A DNA stretch of 64,000 bases, taken from the NCBI RefSeq assembly GCF_009914755.1, contig NC_060940.1; one strand, 5' to 3'. This stretch comes from the human T2T-CHM13v2.0 reference genome, Homo sapiens. Below, piece by piece: positions 23,446 through 37,095 of this stretch (position 1 is the first letter of the stretch; every line of letters begins with the position of its first letter). The translations under genes and the position numbers were made by a program. Below the pieces are notes generated by a model. That model made no database searches and was not told the origin of the DNA. It was given only the letters and a program-made list of their open reading frames with translations.

Positions 23446-26400
23446 TCTCCTTACCCTTCTTCCCTTGGTATGTAGCAACTTCATGACTGAAAACACTTTC
23501 CCCAAATAGGTATCTCACAGAGAAGAAAACACTATGAATTCATGACCCATTTGCATAGTTTTAGGGGTTAAAAGAGCTGTATATAAATTGTAAAACATAT
23601 TAAGAAATTTAGAGAAATAATCTAAGGGTTATCAAAGAATGTTCAAATTCCCTCAGATTTTGTTTTTCACCTTATCTAAATTCATATTTTCATCCCTATT
23701 TTAAGCAGAATTATTCATAGTTATCTACTTAGCAGATGTTCAAGGATGATATTCTCTTTGTATCCATCTTTCCTTATCCAGAGGCGTAAAGGAAAAGCAT
23801 GAAGATAAGGGACACGGCATCGTTAAGTATCCCGGGTTTGTTAACAGTAGAAGAGAGTGTGGACTTGCTTTTCACTTTAACTGTGTGTGTTTCTAGGAGA
23901 TCCTCTATCTTCATGCTCAGCCCCCAGGTCCATGTGTCCTTCTCTCTAATAGGACTGTGCTATGATAGCTGTTGGTGGGAGAGAGGTCTTGCAACCTAAA
24001 AGGAAGGAGAGCCATATGCAGAAGAGAGAAGTGATTAGATGATAAAGCTGAATGGTGACTCTGAAAAACAAAGTAACTGTAAATTTGTGGAACTTTTGGT
24101 CTTTCTTCTCATTTGATGATTAGAAATTTTATAGCTGTCCAAATCCAGTCCTTGTCTTATCTCAGCTATGCAGAGTGGCATGGCTGGTTCAAGCTTTCAA
24201 TGAAGAAACAGATGTATGAGGCCAAATCTTGCAAAATGCCAGAAGAGTGTATTTGGGCAGAATACCAAAATGAGTTCGGGGGCCTATATGGAACTGCGGG
24301 CAGGGCCAATGACAGATAGTTGAGGACTGCAATGAGAGATGCCCAAATATAAGTATGACAAGCAGGAATGTCATTCTGTGAGTCAGAGTCAAAGTCAAAA
24401 AGACTTTGTAAAAATCTACTTTGGAGACTAGGTGTGGGTGTCTGATTTAGAACCCTTCTCATAGTCTGGTGATTTCTAATGGTGCTTTTGCCGAAGGAAT
24501 TCTTAGGAGCATCCAAGTTCCATCTTAAAGACATGGCTTTGCCAGTCTGTTGTGGGTGTGCTATACCATATCAGACAGAGAAATAAGGATGTGTGTGAAG
24601 GTATGAATCTCCGGTTTACGAACTCTAGTGTGCAAATAAGACAACTGTCTGTCTTTTAACATGGTACGCACATTTCTGTTTTGATCACCCTTTCTACCAG
24701 TTGGTGAAAACTTTAGCAAAGTCCATTCATTGTCTCCATAATCCCCTAGGTTTCTATCTAATTTTCATTGAGCTTACAAGGCACATGGCAGGTGGGAGGC
24801 ACTCTGGCATCCACTGAGATGTTAGTGAACCCATCTGGTCTTCATTTGTTTCCTTCCAAGCTCAAGGGTGATTGAGTTTGCCAGCCTTCTCTCCACTGTT
24901 TTAGTCTTTTCCCAAAGCATATAAGGACTCTTCTCTTGCTTCCTTGCTGAACTGGGCTTGGAGATGCAGCTCAGAGAGAAGACATGCCCTTGTCCCTTCA
25001 TAATAAACCATCAACATGTCCCTTTTTACATGTCTGCTATTTGTCTCCTCTTCTTTCCAGCCCAGGGAGTCTTTATCTAGATAATAGGTCGAGTAACCTG
25101 GACCACAGTCCATTCTTCCCTGTCTACCATTGAAGGTACAAAACGTATACCAGACACCTTTAAGATTTAGAATTTGAAATACAAGAATGTGGGTTCTTAC
25201 AAAACAAAACTTGGAATTTTAAAGTTAATTTTTGTTATTCTTGAGCTCTCTGTTTTTTGTTTTGTTTTGTTTTGTTTTTGTAACATTATCTCTCTCCTGA
25301 GGCAATTAAACAGAAAAGGAGTAATGAGCAGAGTGAAAGTTAAGGAAAGGTCTTATTTAATTCCTGCCCAAACTTTCAGACTGCCTGATGGGAACCCCAG
25401 TTGAATAATGGTGGGATTTTTGTTGTTGTTGTTGTTGTTAAGCAAAGATGATTTCCAAGCACTGCAGGGCAGGGAGAGCTGGAGAGTTCACATGTTTGTA
25501 TTTGAACTCACATGAAACAATGAAGAGTGAAATACAGTCCTGTTTCTCTAGCAGTGAAATTTCAGATCCACAGAGAAACAAGGCTTTCATTCTACCATAA
25601 AGAAGGACAAAACATAACTGAGAAATACAGTGTAAAAGGAGGAATTTGCAAAGAATAATATGCTCTAGCATATTCCAGCAAGGAGTAATCAGATGTGGGC
25701 ATAGCAGTCATCATTGGGGTGAAATCCAAGACAACTATGGGTAGCAAAGGAAGCAGCTATCTTTGAGAAAGTAAGACTGATAAGGTTTTCAGTCCAAATG
25801 ACAAGTAACTTCTAGTTTCTAAGTATAAGCTTTTGCAGTTGGGATCATGCCTTTTTTTTTTTTTTCTTAAGAAAAAACTTAAATTGCTTTTACTGACAAC
25901 AGACATTGCCAGATTTATCCACACAACCAGTGTTCCAAATGTCATATAAAAATGCAATGCAGCAATTGGCCAGATTGTTAAGTAACGTGCTATAATTGTT
26001 TTTATTTGTTTTAATCCCTGTGAACAAACATTTTATTTTTTGTCCAAAAGACAAAAAGGAGTTGAAATTTTATCGTTGTTTTTCCAGGCAAAAGAAAATA
26101 GGGTATTTGTTGACTGAAGAAATGAGATATTTCTCTTTGGCAGTTTGGGCGGCCTAATTGATAGGAAGAGGTCTGGTAGCTGAGAATAGCAGGGTTAGAA
26201 CAATAGAGGATTCCAAGATCAAGGGGAAGGGTCAGAGGTTCACAATTCCCAACTGGAGTGGGTGAGTGGGAGAGAACTTTACAAAAGAAATAAGAGCAAA
26301 ACCATCTGGGTAAAAATGACACCATGTCTTGATCTCTGGTGCTAAGGACCCCTGGAAGTGCAACCATTTACACTCGCTCTTGAAAATGCCTCATTGTGGG

Positions 26401-26814
26401 TTCAGGGATAATAACCCTTAAGCTAAAGCCTTTATGAGTTGGAAGAAGAGAAAATGTGCTTCCTGTTTCTTACAGAGGATGAAAGAAGCACTTAATTCCC
26501 AAATCCAGCCTCCAAACACCACAATGGAGCATTTTATATGTGGAGGAAAATTGCTAAAGGTTATTTACAATTAGATCCATAAAAATAATTACTGGGGACT
26601 TTTAACAAACTTTATTTAGGCTCTTCCATACTTAAGACACAATTCTCAAGAATATCTTGGATAATTTTCAAACTGTTCTTTTCCTTAAAACGATCAAAGG
26701 GAATTGGTTATTATCCAAGGTCAACTTATTAACGAGAGACAGAATATTCCCCAATTACAGTATTTCTCCAGCGCAGATCTTACTGAGCTCTAGGCAAGGG
26801 GCAAAATGGGGAGG

Positions 26815-26950
26815 AGAGAGTGTAGTCAGAAGTCCCAGGGTCTTACTTGGGTCTCCAGCTAACTAGCTCAGTGAGCCTGGGCAACACCCCTGACCTGTCT
26901 GCATATGTTTCCTTGTTTGCAAAATGAAATGAGAGGGGATAATTCTAAAA
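26815..26950 (+). mobile_element. MIR (MIR3-like) fragment
   Basis: agtcagaagtcccaggg...aactagctcagtgagcctgggcaac...gtttccttgtttgcaaaatg. Confidence 0.6.
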
Positions 26951-27427
26951 ATCCTTTCTTTGTGCTCTTCCTAATTTTTTTTAGAACTGCTAAATCATTG
27001 CACGCATGAAATGATTTGCTTTTGTTCTCTTTGAAATAATGGAGCTCATTGTCTAGGATCTCCAGCTTCTATTTCTGTGAAGCAAGATCTAACAGCCTTT
27101 GATACCTCTCTGTCTACTTTCTAGGGAATTACAGATATAATTTGTGGAGACACTTAGTCAAAAATTGTCACTGAATGCCTTATGCTTTTCCACAATGCTT
27201 TCAGAGCTGAATCCTTATAGGAGGCAAGTCAGAGATGAAATAAGAAGGACTGACAGGAAGGAGAGGTGTAAACAGAGCTCGTGAACACAAATGAAAAGGC
27301 AAGTGATAGGTACACAAGGACATCACCAAGAAGAAGGCTCTTTTTCTGCCCTTGCAGTATAAAAATAGTTATTTATTTTTTCATAAGATGATGTTGGAAA
27401 AGTTTCAAAGGAAAGGCTTCTAGTGTT

Positions 27428-27560
27428 TGATGAGCACCTGCTGTGTAACGGGCACAGGTTAGGCAATTTTATAAAAGATAAAGATGTTTGTACCCACTTA
27501 ATGGATAAGAAAATTGAGGCACAAAGGGGTTAAGCAGTCTTCCCAAACTTACCCAGTTAT
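27428..27560 (-). mobile_element. MIR fragment
   Basis: gataagaaaattgaggcacaaaggggttaagcagtcttccc. Confidence 0.65.
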
Positions 27561-27619
27561 TCATTTTAACTGCTGTGTCATGTTCCTGGTGTGAGTCTGC
27601 CAAAAATTAATTCATTTAA

Positions 27620-28070
27620 CCTTTTTACTATTGTTTTTCATGATTACAAGCGTTTCTGTAGTGAGCATCCTTATACCTGCCCTCATGTTTACACATAAGA
27701 GTATATTTTTTAGGTAGGTGCAATAAACTAAGCATGTATCTGTAGATATGTGTATATGTATGGGTATATATACACGTTATATATATGATTGTGAACATGC
27801 ATATACATATGTATGAATACATATGTGTTTGTATATCAGTGTATGTATCTACATATATGTATTTTTCTAAGATCCTGCCAAATTATCATTGCAAAGTGGC
27901 TCTGTAAAATTTCACTCCTCCCCAACATTGAATGAAAATATCTGTTTCCTCATACTGTCACCAGTGTTTCGTGTCACCATATTTTAAACATTTGCCAAGC
28001 TATTATTACATTATTTTTTCATGTTCATTTCTTCAATCACAAGTGAGTTTGACCACCTCTCAAGTTATTT
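27620..28070 (-). mobile_element. Old L1ME fragment with TA/TG low-complexity insert
   Basis: gtgagcatccttatac...tgccaaatt...tttcactcctcccaaca..tgaatga...tttcctcatactgtcaccag. Confidence 0.65.
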
Positions 28071-29697
28071 ACGTCCAAAAAAAAAAATCACTGTAAATGA
28101 AAAATGAGTAGTTTAGCCTTGCCCTGTGCTGTGCAGAAAGCCGGTGAGTTTCTTCCTGAAGAGGATGCTGCAGGGTCATTTGACTTGGAGAGGAGGGAGT
28201 GGTAAGATCACATTATCATTAAGAATTCGCTCAGGGCATGTAAAGATGGCTGAGCAGCTTCTTTAAGCATGTAAGTGATGACGCTCAAATCTATCAGAAT
28301 ACTAACCCTGAAATCAGGTCTGAGTTTACAGCCATTATATCTTTCTTTGGATTTGGTTTAATGTTTTTACCCTTGATTTATGTACGTACTTCCCTTAGCA
28401 TCCCATATCTCAAGCAACATAAAGGTATTAAAGTGATGGGATTTAGCAAATATGTTATGGTTACCATCTTTGTTCCCAAGAGGGAATTTGGAAATCTGAC
28501 AAGTATTATACCTTTCATTTTCAAGACCCGTTTTCTGAGCCGTTTCGCTAACAAGTCCCCTGATTTACCATGCCATTAACAAAAATAATTCTTTCTGGAC
28601 AGCAGTAAAAGAAGTGGATTAGAACAATTTACAGCCTTCTCAAGATACATATAAGGTGCCTGTTAAGAAAAAAAAAAGGACAGATTTTTGATTAACTGAT
28701 ACGTAGACTTGCTTTTAAAACATGTCAGTTCATTCTCTGTATGCCCATCTATTAAGGGCAATGTCCCTCATGGAGGAAGCCTGCCATCGCCCGGTGCCTT
28801 AGCACGCTCTCATGTTTGCCAACAGTGATTAGGAATTACTTAGTTGCTGACAACCCTCCATCATTGATCGAAGTAAGAAACCTTTTCTGCTTCAAGGTAA
28901 GGACATGGTGCCTACTTTCTAAATGAGATGTTATCCAGAGACAACATTTTGAATCTGTAGGCAAAAACGTATCCAGTTCAACAAAAGAATAACCTGCAAT
29001 AAGCAGAGATAGAATGGGTGAGGACCTAGGACAGCGGCTCATTAGGCAGAACCCGTCCTTTCTCTTTGCTAAAGTTAGGGAGGAAACAAATGCCTGCTGA
29101 ACAGAAGGAGGAGATGAGAGGATCTGTCAGCCATGGAGAGGTACAGCTACCAGAAAAGCACTGGACAGTTTCCTCTAATCCTTGGGAACTTTAATCGTCT
29201 CGTCAATAATTCTCATTTTGAGAGGATCTCAAAGTGGAGGGATCCATTAGTAAGTTCCACTTTGGCCTGGAATGAGAGATGCCGAAAATGACAAGGGTGC
29301 TTTTCTGTGGTGGTGTAAGTAGCGTGGCCGTGGATGTGGGCAATTGGCTTACTCCAGTCTGTGGCATTAGTTAGCATCTCTGAAACCCTGAGACATGATT
29401 CTCAGCCCCCATGGCTGGTCAAGGGATTACCAGAGAAGATTTTCAAGTACATGGGATTGGGGGGTGCTCCCAACCCTTCAGTCAGCTGTGGGTTTTGCGT
29501 GTGAAGAGCATAAGAGGGGAGAGAGAGGAAATGAGAGAAGCTGGACCATGCAGAGCCTTGTAGGTGATGGGAAGGATTTTGCTTTTATCCTAAGAAGAGT
29601 GAGAAGCCATTAATAGGATTCGGGGTGATTGTGAGTCAGGGGGAAATGGGGGGAGGTATCAGGACATGGAGGTCTTTGCAATTATTAGTTGGAGAAC

Positions 29698-30380
29698 AGC
29701 AATGGTTCTTAGCTGCTTCGTGTGCCCTGGACCCTTCTCTCAGTCTGCTGAAGCCTGGGCAGTCCATCTCAGATCCTGTTCAGGTGCATAGATTAAAATA
29801 TTTTAAATTACGATATAAGCTACTTATGCTATACCATATTTATACTATATCATTGTGGTAATAAAGAATTTGTCATAGATTAATAGACAGGCATAGGTGT
29901 CCTGGAACTGGTTCTGTCTTACCAGCTTGTCAAAGCTGATTACGCGAATTTCTTTCCAAATTCTTACTCAGTGATGCCAAATTGGTAGCTTGAAATCAAG
30001 CCACGGTGAGAGAATTTATATCATAGAATATGGAAAACATTACAGATCAGGACTTTTCTTCTCAAAAGTCAGCTGTTAAACATTGACCATCATAGCACTG
30101 TGTATATACTTATGTATTTAATAATAGGCTTTGGTGGCAGGTTTAGTAACTATTGCAATTTTGAAGTAGTGATGAGTATGAATCCCATTTCAGGATATTT
30201 CCCACAATTGAAATGTGATATAATAACTTTTTTCCTATAACTGGTGACAAACACAGGTTCTGCTAATACTATTGTGATTTGTTATCTACATTCATAGTTG
30301 AAGAACCTGCTTAATTTTCGTTAGAGGGTAATGAAAATAAGGGTGCATTTTTCCATTGAAAGAGCCTCTGAACTACAGTG
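29698..30380 (-). mobile_element. Charlie4a-like hAT element interrupted by MER63
   Basis: ggttcttagc...ggacccttctctcagtctg; ttgaagtagtgatgag; ggtgacaaacacaggttctgctaatactattgtg; gttagagggtaatgaaaataag. Confidence 0.75.
29890..30100. mobile_element. MER63A-like hAT-Blackjack MITE
   Basis: cagtgatgccaaattggtagcttgaaatc...tgttaaacattgacca..cactg. Confidence 0.75.
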
Positions 30381-31526
30381 TCCAGAAAATGAGAAAAAAG
30401 AGGGACCATAGAGACCAACTAGAAGGTGATAGCAGTATTCCAAATGAGTTGCCATGGTGTCTTGTATTCCAGTGAGGAGATGGAAAGGTGTATATGGAAT
30501 TGGAAATGGTTAGTAGATAAACTCTATGACAATTGGGTATGTATAGACATTGGGGTGAAGGAAGTGTCAGGAGTGACTTATAGGGTTATGGCTTACACCA
30601 CTCAACTTAATAAGGATGAGAATGCCAGAAGGGCCCAGGTTTAGGGAAGATGACCATGAGTTTGGTTAGGGCCTGTTGAGTTTGAAGTGCCTTTTGAGTA
30701 TCATGGAAATATTAAAAAGATATTGGGACACATGCATTTGGAATAGAGACATGAGTAGGTTCTACCTTCAGCCTTGGGGTGGGACCAGGTTAGGAAGGGA
30801 TGTTATTCTTTGATGGATGAGCAGACTACAAAAAACTGTGCCACCCTTTGTCTCTATGTATTCACACTGCTTCCCCTAGCACCTCTTCTTTATCTCCTAA
30901 CAATCATTGTGCCAACAGAGTGCCTTTAGAAACTGGCAGATGGCCCCTCTTCGAAGGATCCTGTGCATACAGAGTAACTACTTTCCCAGTAGCTGCATGG
31001 CTATCTTGCTGGATCTGCAGGTCCAGAGGAGGGGCTGGGACAGTAGAGGAGCACTAGGAAGTCATTAGGATATTTGCAATAATTGAAGCTTGCATCCTAT
31101 TTGAAACTTCCCCAAAGAAAAAAATGAGCGAGAAGAGTGGTCAGCAGTAAGCCTTGAGGAGTTCCAAAATCAGTGGCCAGCAGAGGTGGAGGAGCCTAAA
31201 AATGAGACTTTGGAGGGAGCAGCCACAAAGATAGGAGAAAAGCCAGGTGAGGTGGTGGAGGTGCAGGGAAGACAAGCAGAGAGGGTGCTTCAGTGAGAAG
31301 AGAGGAGAGGAGTGAAACTCAAAGTCGCAAGAGAACACTGGAAGTTCTTCCCTGCATCTAGTGACACGGAGGGTGTTAATTTTACACAGGCTGTGTTGGT
31401 GGAGGAAACCAGATGGGAGGGGAAGAAATGGAGATAACAGTTATAGACACATCTTTTAAGAAGTTTGGCGGCTAAAAAGGAGACAGATAGTGAAGTAGTT
31501 GGAGGTGGATGTAGAGAAAACAAAGT

Positions 31527-31626
31527 TTTTTTTTTCTTTCTTTTTTATTTCCTTTCCTTCTCTTCCTTCCTTTTTCCTTCCTTCCTTCCTCCCTTCCTTC
31601 CTCCCTTCTTTCCTCCCTTCTTTCCT
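31527..31626. repeat. (TTCC)n / CT-rich simple repeat
   Basis: ttccttccttccttcctcccttcc... polypyrimidine tract. Confidence 0.9.
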
Positions 31627-32559
31627 GTAGGAGATACTTTCTCATAAGGATTCATTTGAGACAGAGAGGGTAGGAGAGAAGGGATTGATGATGGCATAAA
31701 GCTTCTGAGAAGGTGGGAAAGGATAGACTTCAAAACATAAGAGGGACCTGTTAACTTTTTAAACCTGGGAGTTGAATCAATGAAAAACTGAGTCAATGAT
31801 GTAACACTTTTAAAGGTAGTTGTTTATTGCCCCCCATCTTAGAGAAGAGCCTTTTCTGGTTACAGAAGACAAAGTGATTTAATGTGTGCTGAAGTAAGCT
31901 GGAAATTCAGGTGTTCAGTTGATGTTTTTGGAGTAGATTGTGAAATTGAAATTGGAGAGACATTATCCAGGCAGGAAAACTATGAGTTAAGGGCTCTGGA
32001 CAATAAAAAAAATAAGGGTGTCATCCTTGGGGAAGGAGATGGGAGATGCTGATGCGTTTAGGGCTTCAGAGCTGCACCTGTGCTCCTCTTGGGATCAGAA
32101 CTGCAGTATCTCTGCAGCTGCTGCACCTTGTTTTTAACCCCTGCATCCAAGAGCTGAGTGTTGCATGACTCTCAAGATGCAGATATTAAAACCTTATTGA
32201 CTGATGTAGACTCTTCTGTGCATCAAAGGGCTCAGAAGTGGTATTAGCTGGCTGTCTCCTTTTAAGTGCAGAGAGTGCTTTTCTGTAGATAGTGCTATGA
32301 GCTACCTGGGGTTAAGATAAAAGGCTTCAAAAAGGTAGTGTCTTCCCGGAGGCTGCTTGTGGCCACTCGCTGTGTGTCTGTGGCTATACAGACCCCAGAT
32401 TGCTGGGGCTGGACTTTGCATGTCTCTCTCTATTACCTTCTAGAGCCTGTGAGGCCCAGGCTTTTAAAGATTCGGCACTGAAAGAAACTAAAACCAAACT
32501 TTTGAGTTTACAACTGCCTGAGGCTGCCTCCATCTACAGGACCTTTACTAACTGTGCCA

Positions 32560-32720
32560 TTTTGGCGAAAAGATAGATTTTGAAGTTCAATCAGTCCTGG
32601 TTTCAAGTATTAGCTATTCCTCAGATGATTGTGGGACCTTGAACAAGTCTCTTGCCCTCTCTGAGTCAGTTTTATCATCCATGCAATAGGGATAATATTA
32701 CCTACCTCATAAAACCATTG
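32560..32720 (+). mobile_element. MIR
   Basis: gaccttgaacaagtctcttgccctctctgagtcagtttt...ggataatattacctacctcata. Confidence 0.8.
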
Positions 32721-32861
32721 TCGAGACCCATCTATTCAGCACATACTTGAGTTCCTATTCAAATACCGGCTGCTGTGCTTGGCTGTGGAGTCTAACTGCA
32801 CAAAATGGTCTTGACCCTGAGGGTTTTATAGTTTGAGAGTGGATATACCAAAGTGCCTGGC

Positions 32862-33793
32862 TGTGATTATTATATTGTGATATAATAATAAATACATATT
32901 TGGTCTCTGCCCCCAGTTCTAATATTTAGTCTGTGAACCCAGTTCCTGGCACACAGCATCTAAGAGCTTTGTAATTTCCTGAGTGACGGGAACATCTGAC
33001 ACAGAGCTCCGAAATCCCTTGGTATTTCCTGGCTGATAGGAGCATCTTTTGCTCTAATGAGTTGACTTGTGCTGGGCTCCTGGATACCCCCAGGATGGGT
33101 GCTGGTTTCCAGGGGAATCAACCATGTATTTTTAGAAGGTTGGAGCTTTCATCATCCACCCCACCTCCAGGGAGGAAAGGGAGGCTGAAGATTGAGTTGA
33201 TCACCAACGGTCACTGAGATACTCAATCGTGCCTATGTAACAAAGCCTCCATGATAACCCCAAAGGACAGGGGTTAAAGGGCTCCCAGGTTGCTGAACCC
33301 ATGGAGGTTTCTGGAGGGTGGTGTGCCCACAGAGGGCATGGAAGCTCTGCATACCTTTCCACATACCTTTCCCTATGCATCTCTTGGTGTGACTGTTCAT
33401 CTATACTCTTTGTAATATTCTTTATAATAAATGGGTAAATATAAGTAAAGTGTTTTCCTGAGCACTTCTGTGAGTCACTGTAGCAAATTAATAGAAGTCA
33501 AAGAGGGGGTTGTGGGAACTCCAATTTATAGTGGGTCAGTCAGAAGCACAGGCCACAACCTGGGCCTTGTGACTGGCATCTGAAGTAGGGGACAGTCTTG
33601 GAGGACCTGTGGGATGTGGCTTTATCTCCAGGTAGATATTACTGAATTGAATTGAATCAGAGGATTACCCGCTGGTGTCCACTGAAGAATGGCTTGATGT
33701 ATTGGGGAAAAACCCACTCATACTTGGTGTCAAAACTGTTGAGTGGTGTGTGACAGTAGGTAAAACATTTTGTTTTTTTTTCTATCCTTCATA
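32862..33793 (+). mobile_element. MER21 (MER21B-like) LTR
   Basis: tgtgatataataataaatacatatttggtctctgcccccag...ggagggtggtgtgccc..gagggcatggaagctctgc...gaattgaattg. Confidence 0.88.
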
Positions 33794-34029
33794 TTGGCCC
33801 AGAGAGCTTATTTAATAAATATCTCATTCATTTCTTTTTTCTTATCCATTATACCGTAGGCTCAGCTGAAAACATCGTTCATGACCCACCTGAATGCACA
33901 GTAGGGTACTTAGAAAGTACTGCATGGTTAGCAGACAGCTCTGTAGGGAGTCGGAACAGCCACGCAGTAGAGTCTTGGAAGCAGAAGAGAGTAAGGCACA
34001 GAGACCCCGAATGAGGGCCGAGTGTGGAC

Positions 34030-34290
34030 ATCCACATCACAGCTCCACCCATGACTAGTCACAGGAACAGAGACAGTCGACTTGCCTCTCACTCTCTGCC
34101 TCAGTTTCCTCACCTGCATGATGGAGACGATAATGGTACACAATTCTAAGGTGGTTGTGAGGATTACACGAGCTGGTGGTGTTGCGATTCTGAGGTGGTT
34201 GTGAGGATTACACGAGCTGGTAGTGTGTGTCAGGTGCTCAGAACAATGCGTGGAACATGGAAAACACTCCCTACATGGGAGATATTATTT
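34030..34290 (+). mobile_element. MIR with internal 44-bp tandem duplication
   Basis: ctctctgcctcagtttcctcacctg core; ggttgtgaggatta present twice. Confidence 0.85.
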
Positions 34291-35039
34291 CCATGTTCAG
34301 AAACAAGCTGGTTTCATTAAAGCCCACTGCTCTCAAAAGGCAATTCCCATGGGAATAGTGATGACTTGAAATTCTGTATCAAAATGCTGGTGGATGCTGC
34401 TTCGTTTGTAGTTTCTTTTCTTTTCCAGTCTCCACAGGGCTCTGTTATTTGGATCCTCTACCATGAAGAACAGTGCCCCTAATCGTAGACTATCACTTTG
34501 TTGGCCACTGTGTGTTGTCCACCCATTATACTGTGAGGTCTCAACAGCTTTAATTTCAATAATTTGAGGTTTGTTCAATGCATTATATTCCAGATAGTTC
34601 ACGGATGCTTTTAATTTAATTATAGGCACTTTAACACCACAGATGACTGTTGGGGAAACGGAAAATGTCATTCTTTCTGAATGCAAGACACGTGTTTAGG
34701 ACTGATAAAATACATAACTGTGTTTTATTTCAGAATAAAAAGAAATGTATTACCAAGTATGTGACAGTAGGTAGACTGCTGGGAAGCCTGGGTCTGATAC
34801 ATTGTTGTCAGAAACAGGCTCAATTTTGGTGAAGCGAAGGGTGTACGGAGGATGAGCCTTGCAAACAAGCTAAGGTGCCCAAAGGACAGCTCCCCCAGTG
34901 ACCTCAGGGTCAGCCTCTCTCTTACGTACATACAAGGAGCCCCTCCTGGAAGCAAACCCCACTGCAGCCTTCCAACAGGCACATCCTTGTTCTTCCCACT
35001 ATCTTATTATTTGTAGCAGCAATTATTCATTGCCATCTG

Positions 35040-35515
35040 AATTCACTCAGTAAATATTTATTGAGTACCCTGTATGTGTAGGTAGTGGTGATACAGCAGT
35101 GGACACACAGACAAAAATCCCTACTCTGAAGGAGCTTATATTCCGGGGGAAAAAAGAGAGGAAAATAAGTAAAATGTGTGCTGGTTTTGTGCATGAAGAT
35201 GGCAAAGGCTATGGAGAAATCAAGGAGGATAGAGTTGGGGAGGAACAGTTGTAACTTCCATAGTGTGGGTGGAGAAGGCCTCACTGAGGCATCAACATTT
35301 GAGCTAAGTCTTGAAAGAGGCAAAGGAATGAAAGAGGTGCCAGGCCAAGGTAATAGTTCCTATAAAAATCCTGAGAATGGAGAGTGCCTGGTGTGTCTGA
35401 GGAAGCCCAAGGAGGTCATCATGGAGTGAGGGGGAGATAATAGAAGATGAACTTCAAAAACGAAGATGTGAAAAATTGCATTGATCCTTGTAGTCCATTT
35501 GGAAGGGTTTAGATG
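35040..35515 (-). mobile_element. L2a
   Basis: attcactcagtaaatatttattgagtacc...gatacagcagtg...ggagcttatattc...gaaggcctcactgag. Confidence 0.85.
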
Positions 35516-36283
35516 TTTTATCATCACCGTCGTCACCATCATCACTACCACCTGCTAGAAACTTCGGGGGGCGGGGGGTGGGGGGGAATGACTCATCATC
35601 TCATCTCTGCACTCCTGAAGCTCCAACTCAGCACAGGATACAACGAAAGGATAATGTGATGCTTGGTACCAAGACTTTAAGGACATTCAGGAGCGGACAG
35701 AAAACATGACCTAAAAGAGAGGGAAAAACAGAGACTTTTTACAGGGTCTCCCTTAGGAAAGGGAGCTATCCCTTAGGAGGAGATATCTAAGCCACTATGC
35801 AGTTGTGAGGTCTTTAGAAATCAACCAAGTGCATTGGTCAGATTGAGGCTAAGTTTTCCAACACAGAGAACCCTGAAGTCCCATTCTGTACTTTGTCTTG
35901 ACTCTCCTTTCATTTCTCTTTATCACTCTTCGCCCCCCACTGCAGGTACCTGTTCCTTTTTCTGACCATGTCTCTGGACTTGGAGAAGGTTTTCTCTCAT
36001 AAGCTTCTATCCAGCCCTACACCCAGTGGCCATACAGGTCCACCCCTCTGTATGGCTCTGTGCATTAATGAGCAGCTCTTCTTAGCTCAGCGTGCTCACT
36101 GTCTTTAGGAATGGTTTCTGCTGAATCCATTGACTGCACAATAAGCCCAGTGGAATGTGTACTCTAGGCCCCAGTTACCTCCAAGGAGAAGGGATGATAA
36201 ATATAACAGTGACAAAATACTCTCATACACACAGAAATATATAGTTACACTTAAATGCACACACATATATACATACAAATATA

Positions 36284-36580
36284 GAGTGGGTGCAGTGGCT
36301 CACACCTGTAACTCCAGCACTTTGGGAGGCCGAGGTGGGTGGATCACCTGAGGTCAGGAGTTCAAGACCAGCCTGGCCAAAATGATGAAACCCTGTCTTT
36401 GCTAAAAATACAAAAAAACAGCCAGGTGTGGTGGTGCACACCTGTAGTCCCAGCTACTCAGGAGGCTGAGGTGGGAGAATCACTTGAACTCAGGAGGCAG
36501 AGGTTGCTGTAAGCCACAATCACACCACTGCACTTCAGCCTGGGCCACAGAGTGAGACTCCATCTCAAAAAATCAAATGA
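36284..36580 (+). mobile_element. AluSx-like
   Basis: GGATCACCTGAGGTCAGGAGTTC; both arms; A-rich tail. Confidence 0.93.
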
Positions 36581-36589
36581 AAAACCACA

Positions 36590-36900
36590 TATAGTTATAT
36601 ATAAAAGCATGCACGCATGCATGAATATACCTATACATATACATCTATGTTTACATACAAATGCATGCATACATGCACATATGCACACACCTATAATTAT
36701 AAATGCATGTATATATATATATGTATGTATACACACATACATTTTTATAGAAATGCATAGGTATACACATGTATAGAGTTGTAGATGTATGCACATATTT
36801 GCATGCATACATACATGACTATACGCACAATGCACACATGTTTATATATGAATGTATTCACTCATACATGTATGGTTGTGTGTGTGTGTGTGTGTGTGTG
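36590..36900. repeat. Degenerate (CATA/TATG)n low-complexity tract ending in (TG)12
   Basis: Alternating purine-pyrimidine tract over ~300 bp. Confidence 0.85.
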
Positions 36901-36919
36901 TTTTGGGAAGACTAATTAC

Positions 36920-37095
36920 TCCAGGAGATTTACATGTAGTTTCCCTTCTTAAGTAGATCACAACCCTGCTCTGCATTTGCTGCCATTGTTTCTGTTACGT
37001 AGATGAGGAATTTGAGTCTCTAAAACTTGAAGTTGCCCGGCCAAGGTCACGTAGCTAGTAAGTTGTGAAGCTGATATTCAAACTAAGGACTAAAA
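36920..37095 (-). mobile_element. MIR
   Basis: agatgaggaatttgag...ccaaggtcacgtagctagtaagt. Confidence 0.75.

Larger units (their letters stand above)
29480..31740 (-). mobile_element. Fragmented L2 (about 29480-29620, 30390-30760, 31060-31740)
   Basis: ggaccatgcagagccttgtagg...ggattttgcttttatcc; tgttgagtttgaagtgcc; gagggtgttaattt...gctgtgttggtggag. Confidence 0.6.

Noticed and set aside
24113-24319. Coding-looking 68-aa ORF after an AG
   Set aside because: The pyrimidine tract is poor, there is no good donor before the stop codon, and I recognise no homology.
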